A DNA stretch of 64,000 bases, taken from contig NC_043020.1 of NCBI RefSeq assembly GCF_006345805.1, forward strand, positions 30,876,001 to 30,940,000. Reading direction: 5' to 3'. Under the pieces are notes generated by a model. That model was not told the DNA's origin. It saw nothing but the letters and a program-made list of their open reading frames with translations, and did not search any database. The translations under genes and the position numbers were made by a program. This document shows positions 14,583 to 28,339 of this stretch, in pieces. The first letter of the stretch is position 1. Every line of letters starts with the position of its first letter. This DNA is from Octopus sinensis (Eukaryota).

Positions 14583-14816
14583 TCTCATAAGATGCTGGAT
14601 GGGTTTACGTTTCTTTTACGGTTTTCCTTACATCATCATCATTTCACATCTGTTTTTCCATCCTTGCAAAGGTTGGTCAAATCTTTTCGGGCAAGTGTCT
14701 TACCACTTGCCAGAGGGGCACATCTTGAAACTGTGCCATCATCTTTCTTTCTCTTCGACAAGTTCTTCCATCTCAATCACTTGGCACTTCTTTACTTAAC
14801 TGTCATCCTCCATATA

Positions 14817-16064
14817 TCATCATCATCATCATCATCATCGTTTAGCGTCCGTTTTCCATGCTAGCATGGGTTGGACGGTTCTACTGGGGTCTGGGAAGCC
14901 AGAAGGCTTCATCAGGCCCAGTCAAATCTGGCAGTGTTTCTATGGCTGGATGCCCTTCCTAACGCCAACCACTCCGTGAGTGTAGTGGGTGCTTTTTACA
15001 TGCCACCCGTACAGGTGCCAGACAGAGCTGGCAAACGGCCACGAACGGATGGTGCTTTTTATGTGCCACCGGCACGAGGGCCAGGCGAGGCTGGCAACGG
15101 ACACGAACGGATGGTGCTTTTTACATGCCACCGGCACGAGGCCAGTCGGGGCGGCGCTGGCAACGGTCGTGAAACGGAAGGTTATCTTACATGCCACCGG
15201 CACTGGTAACACATCTGCAATTTCCATTGATCGATTTCAATTCTGATCCTCACTTGCCTCAACAGGTCTTCACAAGTAGAGTTTTGTGTCCCAAGAAGGG
15301 AAGGTATGCATACGTAGGCTGGCTCCATCCCATGTAGAAGGCCACGTGTTATGGACTCACTTGTCCTGCCGGGTCTTCTCGCGCACAGCACACTTCCAGA
15401 GGTCTCGGTCTCTAGTCATTTCCTCAGTGAGACCTAAACTTCGAAGGTCGTGCTTCACCACCTCGTCCCAGGTTTACCTGGGTCTGCCTCTTCCGCAGGT
15501 TCCCTCAACCGCTAGGGTGTGGCACTTTTTCACACAACTATCTTCATCCATTCTCGCCACATGACCATACCAGCGCAAACGTCTCTCTTGCACACCACAA
15601 CTGATGCTTCTTAGGTCCAGCTTTTCTCTCAAGGTACTTACACTCTGCCGAGTATGAGTACTGACATTACACATCCATCGGAGCATACTGGCTTCATTTC
15701 TTGCGAGCTTACGCATATCCTCACCAGTCACGGCCCATGTTTCACTGCCATGTAGCATGGCTGTTCGTACACACGCATCATACAGTCTGCCTTTCACTCT
15801 GTGCAAGAGGCCTTTTGTCACCAGCAGAGGTAAGAGCTCTCTGAACTTTGCCCAAGCTATTCTTACTCTAGCAGTTACACTTTCAGCACACCCGCCCCCG
15901 CTGCTGACTTGGTCACCTAGGTAACGGAAACTGTCAACTATTTCTAGTTTTTCTCCCTGGAAAGTGACGGAAGTTGGTCTCAGAGCATTTTCAGTGTTTC
16001 TTGTTCCTGAGCATCTGCCACAAACAAAAACCATCTTCCTAGTTAGCCTTCCTTTGACATTGCT
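14817..16064 (-). mobile_element. 5'-truncated RTE-clade LINE (RT thumb/C-terminus, 3'UTR, (GAT)n tail)
   Basis: ORF 15474-16034 has FRYLGDQVSS, AMLHGSETW, RRLRWYGHVARM and RGRGRPR-like motifs; an internal TAA; (CAT)n at 14817-14839. Confidence 0.93.
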
Positions 16065-17060
16065 ATATATATATATATTACAAGTCTATACTAGCACAGT
16101 CTCTTTCTTGCACACTACATTTGGTCAGAATGAGATGATTGGCTGTGTCTGTTTGAACTCTGGTGATTTGGCAGTTTCAACTGGATTTAACTAAGCCTGT
16201 TTTGGTGACAGTACTTTTTGGCACTGGAAGGAGACACACATGCACATGAGCAAATAAACACACACAAACAGATAGAGAGTGAGACAGTACATCTGACGCA
16301 AACACTTTCCTTATCCTCATACACTTAAGTGAAAGATGCTCACATACATAAATGAAGGGAAAGAATGAGAGAAAGTGTTTAATATCAAATAAGTCAGCTT
16401 TGAATAAGCAATGCCAAATAGTTGGGTCCATATCAGCTGAACCAAAACGTTCCATATCTCTTATACCAGCTATTTTTCCAATCTCAACTTACACCTTGTT
16501 ATTCATGCACACTAACATTACACAACTAGTGAAGCCTGTTAACCTAATTTCTCTCCAGTTTTAGCACATCCTTCACTTTCAGTGAACATGTTTCACTACC
16601 ATACAACTCTGCACTCAAATATCAAACAAACTACCCTTCAGTCTGAGAGAACTCCTTTGGTGCTAAAGAAGTACCCTAGACTTTTTCAAACTTATTCTCT
16701 AGCTCTAGTTCATGTTCTAGCTACTATACTTTCAGAAAACACCACAACTAATTAGATCACCTACTGAGGCTCAAACAACTACTTCTATGCAGCCTTTCAG
16801 AGAATTTAATTTACCAATGCTCATATTGCTAATTACTGTTGTGCACAGATACATCCTACATGAGTGGGGAAAAGAACCCACTTGACACATTTGATTGACT
16901 TCATGCAACTTAAAGTTTCACAGACTTTGAATAGAAGCCAAATCAAACTGTTTCAAATAATATCATCATCATCATATATTTATGCATATAAACAAACACA
17001 CAAATGCAAAACAAGGTGGACAAAATAGTACTCAAATACTGAAGGTAGAGTAATATGTGT

Positions 17061-17230
17061 TTTCTATTAAAGCTGCAAAAACATCAAAAAAATGGCTACT
17101 CAGAGTTTCACATTCCTGCTTGTTGGGCAGTTGTGATCAAGATTTCATTCTTGATCACAACTGCCCGACAAATGGAAATCTGAAACTCTGAGTAGAAGTT
17201 TTTATGATGTTTTTGCAACTTTAATAAAAA
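17061..17230. repeat. About 170-bp hairpin: inverted Penelope-like termini each with a decayed minimal hammerhead
   Basis: Arms 17061-17142 and 17149-17230 around a 6-nt loop. The right arm reads AACTGC-CCGACAA-ATGGAAATCT-GAAA-CTCTGAG-TA-GAAGTT. Confidence 0.8.
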
Positions 17231-18519
17231 AGTATATCTGTATGTATATATATATATACACACACACATTTCTATTTTAGTCCAACTCATACCAGCATAA
17301 AATATGGATGTTAAATGATACACACACACACACCTTGCACATATATTTTTTTACTCATAAAAAGTATACATGTACACATCTTGCAAACATCAATGCATGT
17401 TTATCTGTATATCTTGTGGCCATACATGTTTTATGTAAGAAACACATACACACCTAGATTTTCTGTCAGTAAATTTACTTTATGTGTGTGCGTATGTGCT
17501 TTACAAATATGGGTTGTGTATGTAAGTGGGATGGTGATGATGAAATGCTGACATGGTTTTCAGGAGTGAGAGGATAGCAACTGTTTTTACAACTGACTGA
17601 TGGATTCATCCATTAACTATATCTGCTTGTAGACCACTCAAACTGAGCTGTGAAGTGGGGGTGGGGTGGAAGAGGGGGTAATAAATTTCATTGCTATCCA
17701 GGCAGACAGACAGACTGGCAGCATAATATGCTTTACCTAGGGTTACATTTATTCATCAAATACAATACATCAAAATAAAGTAATCACACTAAATATATGT
17801 GTGCTTATGCATAATATTTTATATATACATTCATATATATATATATATATATATGTGCATGCATACACACACACACACTCACACTATTTTGGTCATTTTA
17901 CATGCCAAGAAAAAAAAAAAAATAAGAGACCATTATTCGCAGCTAATTTTAGCTGAACATGGCATCGAGCATGATGATTTCATCAATGGTTTTTCACATT
18001 TCTAATTTTTTTCTTTTCTCCCTCAACACCCATGTTCATACACATACATCACACCCAATGTGTATGCCATGTTGACCTACAGTAGTTAAAGAGAAGTTCA
18101 ACAGCACTCATCAACATTACCAGCCAGGGAGGGTCTGCAAAGGTGATGGGCACTGCCTCTGTTTGTATGCCTGACTAATAAAAAAATAAAAAGTAATCCA
18201 AAAACATTGTAACAACCAACAAAGTAGTTTTTTGCACAAAGGTAAAGAGATGGCCTAAGTGGGTTAAGTCATGGACACTTACTTAGCTGGTATTGAACAT
18301 ATGAACACCAAACCTTTCTGATGATGGATTAACCATGGCCATATGAAAATGGGTGCGTAGTTACAAAGTTTGCTTCTTAACCACATGGTTCTAGTTTCAG
18401 TCCCACTTTGTGACACCTTGAGTGTCTTCCACTATAGCCCCATGTCAACTAAAGGTTCAAGAGTGGATTTGGGAGATAGAAACAGAGACAAGCCCAGTGT
18501 GTGTGTTTGTGCGTGCACC

Positions 18520-18576
<57 letters not shown>

Positions 18577-19077
18577 ATGTCTATATTTATTCCACCTTGT
18601 GTTGACATCACATGATAGCTGTACATGAGTGTCACAGTCAATATCCTTCATTTCCAATCTTCTGCAAAAATATGTCTGGTCATGGGGAAATTTTACCATG
18701 ATTGAAAACAGGTAAGAGTTGGTGACAGGAAGGGCATCCAATTGTAGAGCATATGCCTCAATAATCTCCATCCAATCCAAGCAAGTATGGAAAAGTGGCT
18801 ATCTAAACGACGATGATATAGTTGAAAAGTCCTCATCCTTTATTAGGATGCTGAATTCTCTAAAATATAATATTTCATATGGCTTGGTACAGGGCACGAT
18901 AGCAGTGACCAACAATAGCAGAAAAAGATAGAATGTGTGTATTAATCTCTTCTTTGCTCACTTCCATGAGATGTGTTGATCCCTCCTCAGAAGCTTGGTG
19001 TATGAACTAATTAACCTGTTTGATACCAACCCACTTGAGACCACCCTTGGTCATAATGTTCAAACTTTCTGTTTTAA

Positions 19078-19296
19078 CCCTTTAGTGTTCAGATTATTCT
19101 ATCAAACATAATGCATATTGATTCCCATTGATTTGAATTAATCATGCATTATCTCATATCTTCAAGATCTTGATGGTGTAATTACTTAATGTAGAATAGC
19201 ATTGTAGGGTAGGTGTGAGAGCCTGGATCTGGTCAGTTTGAACATAAAACAGATTAACTATTTTGGCCGGATATGGCCGGTTTAAATACTAAAGGG
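19078..19296 (+). mobile_element. 219-bp piggyBac-type MITE
   Basis: TTAA|CCCTTTAGT...ACTAAAGGG|TTAA; nested in an older TTAA MITE. Confidence 0.9.
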
Positions 19297-19399
19297 TTAA
19301 GTAATTTCAATTAAAAACTGCCCACCAAAACTTCATGTTAGTTGATATTGCAAACACCAGCTTAGTAATGAGAAAATCAAACTAGAATTAACTAGAAAT

Positions 19400-19850
19400 A
19401 TAACAAATGGATTAAAACAATCTTGAAACTTCATCATGGTCCAGGTTTCAGCTCTGTAGAGTAAAATGCTCTCTACACACACCTTATTGGCTTTGAAATA
19501 CATTATAACTAAATGTTTCGAAGCTTTTTACAGGCACTCAAGGATTGTCACTTGCCTGTCACAAAATCTTTTTTAGTGTCAGTAACATAGAACCAAAAAA
19601 GTACTGGAATCCATAAACCTCTTTGAATTATGTGCCATCATTAAACACATTGGAAGGTGGTTTTTTTCATCTCTATTGAAGGACAGTATTATTTGCATTG
19701 AGAAACAGACTGACTTTGGCCGCAGTGTTCACAAGGAATGTTATCAAGTCTTATGCACTCACACAGCTGATAATATATTATTTATGTGATGAACAAGAGG
19801 TTATATGTAACAAGCAAGTATTTCAGGAGATTGAGTAATTGAATGTTCAT
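19400..19850 (-). pseudogene. Old RTE-like LINE RT remnant (distinct family)
   Basis: Manual minus-strand translation gives AAKVSLFLNANNT, FKEVYGFQY, TKKDFVT, SACKKLRNI and VESILLYRAETWTM, with stops and frameshifts. Confidence 0.7.
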
Positions 19851-20118
19851 CATTGAACACTAATGGAAAATTTATCATTAAATCAATTCCAGAAAGATGA
19901 AAGGTATAGTCAATTGTGAAGAAATCTTATTCACCACTTTAATGATTTTTGACATAGAGAAGAAGGTCTGAAATTCAGGGCAGGAGAGGGTATAGCTGAC
20001 TGTATCTACATAAGTATTTCAGTGGTACATATTTCATTGACCTTGGAAAGATGAAAGACAAAGTTGACTTGAGCTGGGTCCTAATAATAATAATGATAAT
20101 AATAATATTAAAATAAGC

Positions 20119-20660
20119 TGTCATGACACAATGAGGTAGCGAAAGTGCTACATTGGAAACTATGCAAAAGGTGGGGTCTAGAGAGAGGCACAAACCACAG
20201 AGAGTGGTGGAGTTGGAGACCTGCAAAACCCTCTGGGATTTCCCAATCCAAGCAGATCAGGTGCTAGAGCATAACAAGCTGGACCTAGCAGTGACAGATA
20301 AGGTGCACCAAGGTGTTCTATATGTTGCATGCCCCTTTGACCAACAAACAGTCAAGGAAGGAAGGCAAAAAAATAGATGTGTGAAATAGTTCAGCTATGG
20401 AAAATGAAGTAGGTGAAGATAGTGCCAATTATTGTTGGGTCCTTGGGGACAGTATCAGAAGGCATCAAGAGGAATACAAAGGAAATTGGAATAAAGTGCT
20501 CAGTTGAGCTATAACAAAAGGGTTGCCTCCTTGGCAGGACCAGAATAATCAAGAGAGTATAAGATAGCTGAAAAGAATAACAAATAGTAGAGTACTGTAG
20601 GCTGCAGGTAGCAAACCGGCAATGCATGCAAGACTTCAGGTGTTCCATCAAAACTTAAGT
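20119..20660 (+). mobile_element. R4/Dong-like RLE-type LINE 3' remnant
   Basis: HNEVAKVLHWKLC, LWDFPIQADQVLEHNKLDL, VACPFD, IVPIIVGSLGTVS and QKGCLLG motifs; TAA-type repeats on both sides. Confidence 0.82.
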
Positions 20661-21912
20661 TAATAATAGTAATTTTAATTTTTTGCAGAATGCCAGAAAT
20701 ATTAAGGAAGAGGGTTGGTCAATTACATCAACCCTAGTGCTCAACTCGTACTTATTTTATCTACCCTGTGGAAGGATGAAAAGCAAAGTCACCCTTGATG
20801 GAATTTGAACTGAGAATGTAAAGACAGAAGAAAAGCCGCTAAGCTTTTGTCCAATGTGCAAATGATTCTGTGACTTTGTGATCTTAGTAATAATAATAAT
20901 AATAATAATAAGGCCAGCAATTTCAGGGAAGGGAATGGTCAATTGTATATCTGGTGTGCTAACAATTCTGCCGAGATTGATTTATCACAACAGCCCACCA
21001 TTAATTAGTATTTTTAAATTTCAATTCTTTAAAAATATCAACTGTGAAAAGGTTCTGGATATTTCTAAGATGTTTTAATTATATAACAAAAAGGAAAACA
21101 AAACATAAGTAAAAAAGAGAATATAAGATAAAATAGAAACAACCTATAAGCTCATTGTCATACACAGGCGAATATCATTAGAAAGGAAACATGAGAGAGA
21201 GATGTATTGAAAGTAAAAGATACAAATCAAAAATTATATAAAATGCTGAAACAGAGACACACACATTCTCTCTCTCTCTCTCTCTCATCACTGTTCTCTG
21301 CCTTTCAGAGAATTAAGTTAATGGTAGGTTGTGATATACTTTCTCTGCCAATTACATGACAATTAATTGAAGTATAGCAATATAATGGCTGACTGCCAGT
21401 ATGAAATATTGTTAGTCCCAATAGTTGAGGTTGGATAGGGTGAGAAGGTGGTGGTAGAGGAGAAACATACTGAAGGTGTGTAAGAAAGGTAGAGAAAGAA
21501 GGAGGAGGCAGAAGATGAAAGAGCAGGAAGAAAGGAGAGGGAAAAAAAAATATGAAAGAAGTTATTTTCAGATAGACTTCAGAAATGAATGGATCATCAG
21601 ATGAAATGATGAGAGGGAGAGAGAGAGAGCGAGAGACAGAGACAGACAGTATATTAATATGAAGTGATGCAGCTAGGTGGAAATTCAACAGTGTGAATCC
21701 TGGAAGCAGCACTGCACAGTGTTGTGTCATTAATGAATATTTCTCACCACATAAATATAAATAGGTACCATGAAGAGGTACAGTTCATAGAGGCCACAAC
21801 TAAGACTCTTGTCTGGATGGTGATTCCCTGCCAAATCCCTCTTTCTGTTTGAGCATTCAGTAAATAGGGTCAGTTCCTACAATTTTGGTACCATCATGAG
21901 AAAAATTGACCT

Positions 21913-22646
21913 GAGTGGCTGTGTGGTAAGTAGCTTGTTTACCAACCACATGGTTCCGGGTTCAGTCCCACTGCGTGGCACCTTGGGCAAGTGTCTTCTA
22001 CTATAGCCTCAGACCAACCAAAGCCTTGTGAGTGGACTTGGTAGACGGAAACTGAAAGAAGCCCGTCATATATATTTATATATGTACTAGCAGTATTGTC
22101 CGGCGTTGCTCGTGTATGTTTCGACCCTTTAGAATTGGAATTTTTGAAAAGTAAAAATTTTGCATTATGTACTCTGAAATACACCGAAAAATAGTGACAC
22201 AGCAGTCAAAAAATAGTAAAAAATAGGAATTTTCATAGAAAAAAAGCACCTTTTTGATGTAAATAATTTTTGAATTTTTTCTTCTACGGAAGGAAGAGCA
22301 AGCCTTCTTCTATCATACTCTCAATTTTGGTCAACTTGCACCACAGGGTCTCGGAGATAGTGTTAGTTGAAGGCTACCAAACCTGTCATACACAGACAAC
22401 TTTAGCTTTATATATATAGAGATGTATGTGTGTGTATATGTTTTTGTGTCTGTGTTTGCCCCCCCCCCCACATCACTTGACAACTGATGGTGGTGTGTTT
22501 ACGTCCCCGTAACTTAACAGTTCGGCAAAAGAGACCGATAGAATAAGTACTAGGCTTACAAAGAATAAGTCCCGGGGTCGATTTCCTTGACTAAAGACGG
22601 TGCTCCAGCATGGCCGCAGTCAAATAACTGAAACAAGTAAAAGAGT
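21913..22646 (+). mobile_element. SINE family A (tRNA head, CORE-like GGCACCTTGGGCAAG) hosting a Helitron
   Basis: A-box TGGCTGTGTGG, B-box GGGTTCAGTCCC, central TA/TG tract, 3' end CTGAAACAAGTAAAAGAG. Confidence 0.88.
22087..22422 (-). mobile_element. Non-autonomous Helitron
   Basis: Minus strand starts TCTCTATATATATAAAGCT and ends CGAGCAACGCCGGACAATACTGCTAG; inserted between A and T with no TSD. Confidence 0.82.
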
Positions 22647-23393
22647 ATACATGACCACAGCCCAATGTATGAAAGAAGAATAAAAGAACTCTAAGCCGTC
22701 AAGATCACCATCATCACTAAAAGTAGCAAGACTAACACCAAAATCATAGGCTATTCATCAAGGGTACCGGTACCTCTATATGGTCAATGATGTCATATGA
22801 TGATGGGGTAACATTGGGAGAATATCCTTTGCCACTGTTGATGATATCAGGTATGTTATCTGTAATTAACTGATAGTTAAACAGTTATACTATTATTGAT
22901 AATATATATCTTCAAAATATACAAGCAAGAAATTTGTTTTATTCAATTTTATTTTAATTTAATAAATATTTCTATTTATAAAAATGAGTATTCAGATGCA
23001 GGCAAGGCTTTGTGGAGCACAAACTCATTTTGCAGCCATGTTTCCGGTTCAGTCCCACTGTATGGCACCTTGGACCAACCAATGCCTTACGAGTGAATTT
23101 GGTAGATGGAAACTGTGTGAAACTCTATTGTATGTGTCTCTCTCTCTCTCTCTCTCTCATGACAGCTTGACAACATGTATTGGTTTGTTTAAATCTCCAT
23201 AACTTAGTGTTTTGGTAAAAGGGACCAACAGAATGCATAACAGACTTAAAAATAAGTGGGGGAGTTGATTTTTTTCAACTAAACCCGTCCAGCCCCAATA
23301 CGGCTGAAATGCAATGACAAACAGTAAAAGATGAAAAATAAGAGAAAAAATGTCATTATTGTATTTATATAAGTATCATTGCTTGATCTTACA

Positions 23394-24342
23394 TTCATCA
23401 TCATCATCATCATTTAACATCTACTTTCCATGCTGGCATAGGTTGGATGGTTTAACTGAGGACTGGCAAGCTGGGAGGCTGCACAAGGCTCCAATCTGAT
23501 TTGGCAAGGTCTCTACAGCTGGATGCCCTTCCTAATGCCAACCACTCCAAGAGTGTAGTGAGCAATTTTTATGTGCTACCAGTACAAGAGCCAGTCAGAC
23601 GGCACTAGCATAGACCACAGTCGAATGGTGCTTTTTATGTGCCACTCAAGTGGCACTGGCATCAGCCACGCTCAAATGGTGCTTTTTACATGCCACTAGG
23701 GTGCTTACACTTTGTCATGTAGTAGAGCATACTAGCTTCATTTCTTTCAAGCATATGCATGCCCTCAGCAGTCACAGCCCATGTTTCACTACCGTGTAGC
23801 ATGGTAGTTCGCACACATGCATCATACAATCTACCTTTCACTCTGAACAAGAGGCCCTTTGTTACCAGTAGAGGTAGGAGCTCTCTGAACTCTGCCCAGC
23901 CTATCCTTATTCTAGCAGCTATGCTCTCAGACCACCCCTGCTACTTACTTAGTCACCTAGGTAATGGAAGCTATCAACTACTTCTAGGTTTTACCTCTGG
24001 CATGTGATGAAGTCTGTGACCTGTACATCTTTGGTGTTTATTGCCTCTGTGCATTTGTCACACATAAAAACTATCTTCCCAGTTAGCCTTCCTTTGATAT
24101 TTCTGCACTTCTTATGTGTCCATAGCTTACACCGGGTACATCTTATGAAGTTTCTACCTACGCCTTTCCTACAGATCAAGCAAGGCCATCTACCTGAAGG
24201 GATTTGTGATTTATCTGCCTTCCTACTTACTACAACTTTGGTATTTGCCAGGTTGACTCTAAGGCCCTTCGATTCTAGACCTTGCTTCCACACCTGAAAC
24301 TTCTCTAGTGACTCAGCTATTAGAGCAAGGTCATCAGCTGCA
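23394..24342 (-). mobile_element. Internally deleted RTE LINE fragment
   Basis: ORF 23991-24293 WKQGLESKGLRVNLAN...WPCLICRKGVGRN; 3'UTR and (CAT)n at about 23394-23700. Confidence 0.88.
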
Positions 24343-24439
24343 AAGTGTGTATGTACACATATTCACAAATATATATAATAAGCATCCCAACTTGTTTTGC
24401 TATAGTTTAATTATTCTAGGTATCACTATAAGGGCCATA

Positions 24440-26400
24440 CTATGGAGACAAGCACAGTTTGAACAGGAAAAAACACATTGTTTTCATATCAAAATAAATT
24501 CTTTCCATGGAAAATTATATATTACTTGAAAACTTTGGATGTGAACTTTCTTCTCATATAGTTTTAATTAAAACCCAACAGTTACATATCATGTCAGGGT
24601 TCCTCAAACACCCTAGTAGTATTTTCACACATTTTCAAAGTTTTTCCTGTTTTATTTCTTTTCTTTTTTTGACTGCTGAATGGTATCCCTCGTTCTAGTT
24701 CAATGAGCTTGAGCACCAAAACTTGAGATGTGTTGAAAATCACATGTGCATGTAGATGAATGTTTTAGCTTATTTCGATATAAAACTTGAGATGGGGGTA
24801 GGTTCAACAACTGTCATGAAATATCAAAGTGAAAACTTTATTGTTAATTTTCACTTAGAAAAGAACATAATTTCTTCAAGATACCATAAGAAAGAAAAAT
24901 GTCTTGCTAAATCATCATGGTCATTGCCGATTCTATGGAATGGAAAAAAAAAGCACAACGTTAAAAAAGAGGGTGGCATGCTGATGCTTTTTGTGTTCAA
25001 TTAACACATATTGATGCTACTTGTGAAACTGATGGATTTCCATTTGGTAAGAGGTCATACAGAAGACAGATTCCAGGCTTCAAATATTGATTTTGATTCA
25101 GAATTTCAAGAAATGGACAAAATTGGTAAGCAAAAATATTCCTATGAGAATTTGCATTAAATTGAGTTAAATTGGGCCTCTAGAGTCCAAAATTAGCATT
25201 AGAACTACCAAATGAGATATAATTTTCCAAGGAAAATAGGCATTTTGTCATGAGAATGATGTACCAAAAATAGGCTTTTGCATGATCAAACTGTGTATCA
25301 CCCCTTCCACAGAACTCTCCATGGATACTTATTAAATCTATTGTAAAGTTCCAAACTTACAGAAGATTCAGTTTTACATCCTGTCCAGTATATTAAAATT
25401 GAAACCCTTAAAGATAATGGATCACAATATAAGCATGTCTGAATATACATGAAATGCTTGTGATGGCTGTAATTTCATTTAATTATTTGTAGGTCTGAGC
25501 TTCAGATCAGGACACCCACATAAGTTGGATTTTCTCCATTTTGACAGAGATTTCCCCCATAGCTTTGGAAATGAAGAAGCTTTTTATGAAACAAAGTTTT
25601 CAAAATTTGATTTGTTTTATCTCAAAATATTTTCATAATTTTTTTCTCCTACTATAAAGGCTTTTTCCATAGCTGTTTAAGTGTCTAGTGCCCCCCAAAT
25701 TAGCCTAAATCGGTCTACAGGAAGTGTGAGGGGAGGAAACCACAAACCTTCTAAATTTCTTTTCCATAAAATGCTCCCCCACCATCATTTTCAGGGTCAT
25801 GGTGAGGGAAAATGGGGAAAATCCTCATCAAAACAGAGAAAACCCAACTTATGGAGACATCCTGATCTGAAATTCTGCCATTTATAGCCATTATTAATAG
25901 TCAATCAAAATTTTATTGAAACAATGTCATGTCCCAAAATCTCATGATTTACTTACCTCCACACCTACTACAAATATGCCAAAACTCAAGTTCTTGTGGC
26001 TTGTACTTTGGGATTTAACTAGGTCTAAAAACACTGCAAAACTGACAATTTGTTAAATGTAACAAAATAGGCTTTACATAAATATTTTAAATATTGCCCT
26101 GCAAAAGTTTTCTTTCTAAGACCCCCCCCCCAAAAAAAAGGTAACTACTATATCATGGTCACTATTTGTGTAATTTGCACCCGAGTTTCAAAGATATGAC
26201 ATTGCAAATATAGCTATTCATTAATTTATGCCAATTAGGTAAAATTTTTACCGTTTTGCTGACCATTCAAATTGTCAGATTTCCTAAAATATTCATATTT
26301 CACATATGAGGTATCAAAATGTTTCTTTTTGGATGCTCTCTAAGAAATAGAAATTACATTGAAACATTATCAAAAATTTGGCAATACCTCGTTATACTTC
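24440..26400. mobile_element. Degenerate non-coding DNA-transposon-like composite, copy 2 (inverted relative to 3730-5985)
   Basis: The sub-element at about 24440-25305 has TIR-like ends GACAAGCACAGTTTGAAC and GATCAAACTGTGTATC. The remainder matches 3780-4790 in reverse. Confidence 0.55.
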
Positions 26401-27426
26401 TTTTGTCATTACACAGAACATGAATAACACTTCTCAGCAAAAAAAGGGTGCATCTTAATAATCCCCTAAAAATTTGTAAGATTGAGTAGGACATATTTAC
26501 CGCATGTCTTAAAAATTTTTACCCAGAGAGGAGGGGTAAATTTACTGACATTTGAGAATCACTGCCTACCGGATATGCAATATGCATCTTACAACCATTT
26601 CAGAGAACAAACAATTATATGTTTATAAGCATATTCATATGTATATACAAGTGCTTAATGCACATATATCTATATGTGTAATGATTACACGGACCCATGA
26701 TCTTTGAAGGACTTATAACTTCCACAATGCAACTTGAAGTTGTTTTAGCTTCAGGTTAGCTAAAGTGCATCTAGGACAGAATTATCCAACAAAGGGTATG
26801 ATTTGAGGGGATTTATCTGGCTATTTCTAATAGGTGAAACAACCATGTTGATCCTTTGTTGCTTGTGTGACATGTATGCATGTGCACATGTGTGAGAGTG
26901 GGTGTGTGTGTGTATGAAAGAGAGAGCATGTGGGGAGTAGATAAGACAATTAGAGAAAGAGAGAGAGAGAGAGAGAGAGATGGGAAAGAAAAGAGATGAG
27001 TAAAGTAAAGGAGGTAGAGACAACATGCTCCAAACATATGTGCAAGTGTGTCAATTTGCATGTAATGTTTGAAATCAGTCCAATTTATGCAAACAGCAAG
27101 TAAGGAGGGAGTAACTGAAAAGAAAGAGATGCAGTGGGGGGATATATAAAAGATGGAGAGGAGAGAAAGAGAGAGATGGCTTTAAATAACTTTTAATGAA
27201 AACTAGGAATACTAAATAAATAAAAAAAATTCTACCAACATGTAGTTGCTGGTAGCTAAGTGAGAATTATAAATAAATGAACAGTTCCTCACTCAACACA
27301 TCCTATCTACTAATGGTTGGGTCTCTAGTAACTTAGTCAGCAGACTGTTCTCTTAACCACAATCTACCACCCTCTGAGAGGGTGTATACACATACAATAT
27401 ACACTCACATGTTCACACAGACAGCT

Positions 27427-27441
27427 ACACACACACACACA

Positions 27442-27490
<49 letters not shown>
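27427..27490. repeat. (CA)n(CT)n microsatellite
   Basis: Direct reading. Confidence 0.95.
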
Positions 27491-27493
<3 letters not shown>

Positions 27494-28339
27494 CACCCAG
27501 CCACCAAACTCATAGCAACTGTTAAAATCTGACTGCAGCCAACCTTCATACCTTCTATTCACAGCTAAAAATAAAACAGTCATTTTACCCAAATTTTCAT
27601 GTCAAAAAGAAAAACCCACCCATCCAATCTACAGAATACTTAACTCAAATCATAGAGGGAGAATGGCCTCTACCTAGCCAATCAACAAGTTAGATATAGT
27701 CAACAAATCTCTCACTTGACCAAAATAAAATAAAAAGACCTAGTGCTAGATATACAAAAAAAAAAAAAAGGGCTCAGTACTAGTCTATGTATGTATGCTG
27801 TGGTTATGCATGAAGGGACCTTACTACATTGCTTTGCTGGGGGCTATAATGCTGTTAAAATAGCACTGAGTCCTAGATAACTCTACAAACAACAACAAAG
27901 GTTTACGCAACTGAAGTTGATTTAAAAAAAGAGAAAATGTGCCTTGAACCCACAAAGAAGTCTTTATGCAGTTGTTTGAGCTGCTAGAAACAACTGCAAA
28001 ATCTCTCTAAAACCTAATACAAATATAAAAAAAAAGTATTGATAAATTAGATAATACAGTTCTAGACACAAATCTGAAAACAAAAGATGAGGTGGTTGTT
28101 GGTTGAACGTTTTAGATCAAAGAAAATCTGCTCAGCCAGAGCAGTCCTGTGGCTAAACAACAACCCATCTACATAACTGTGAACTAATTCTTTTCCATAG
28201 AAAATATTCTATCATGGTTGACAACTGTTATTAGGTATGACAGAATAAAGCATCAGAAGACACTTGTAGACCCTCACAGACTGTTGAGATAAAAATAAAG
28301 ACCAATAAATTGCCTTTAACAGTGGAACTTGAAGCACAT

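Noticed and set aside
18312-18360. CTGATGA...GAAA
   Set aside because: No convincing stems I-III
19500-19590. Possible minus-strand hammerhead (stem plus GAAAC)
   Set aside because: No CUGANGA core; the sequence is explained as RTE-like coding remnant
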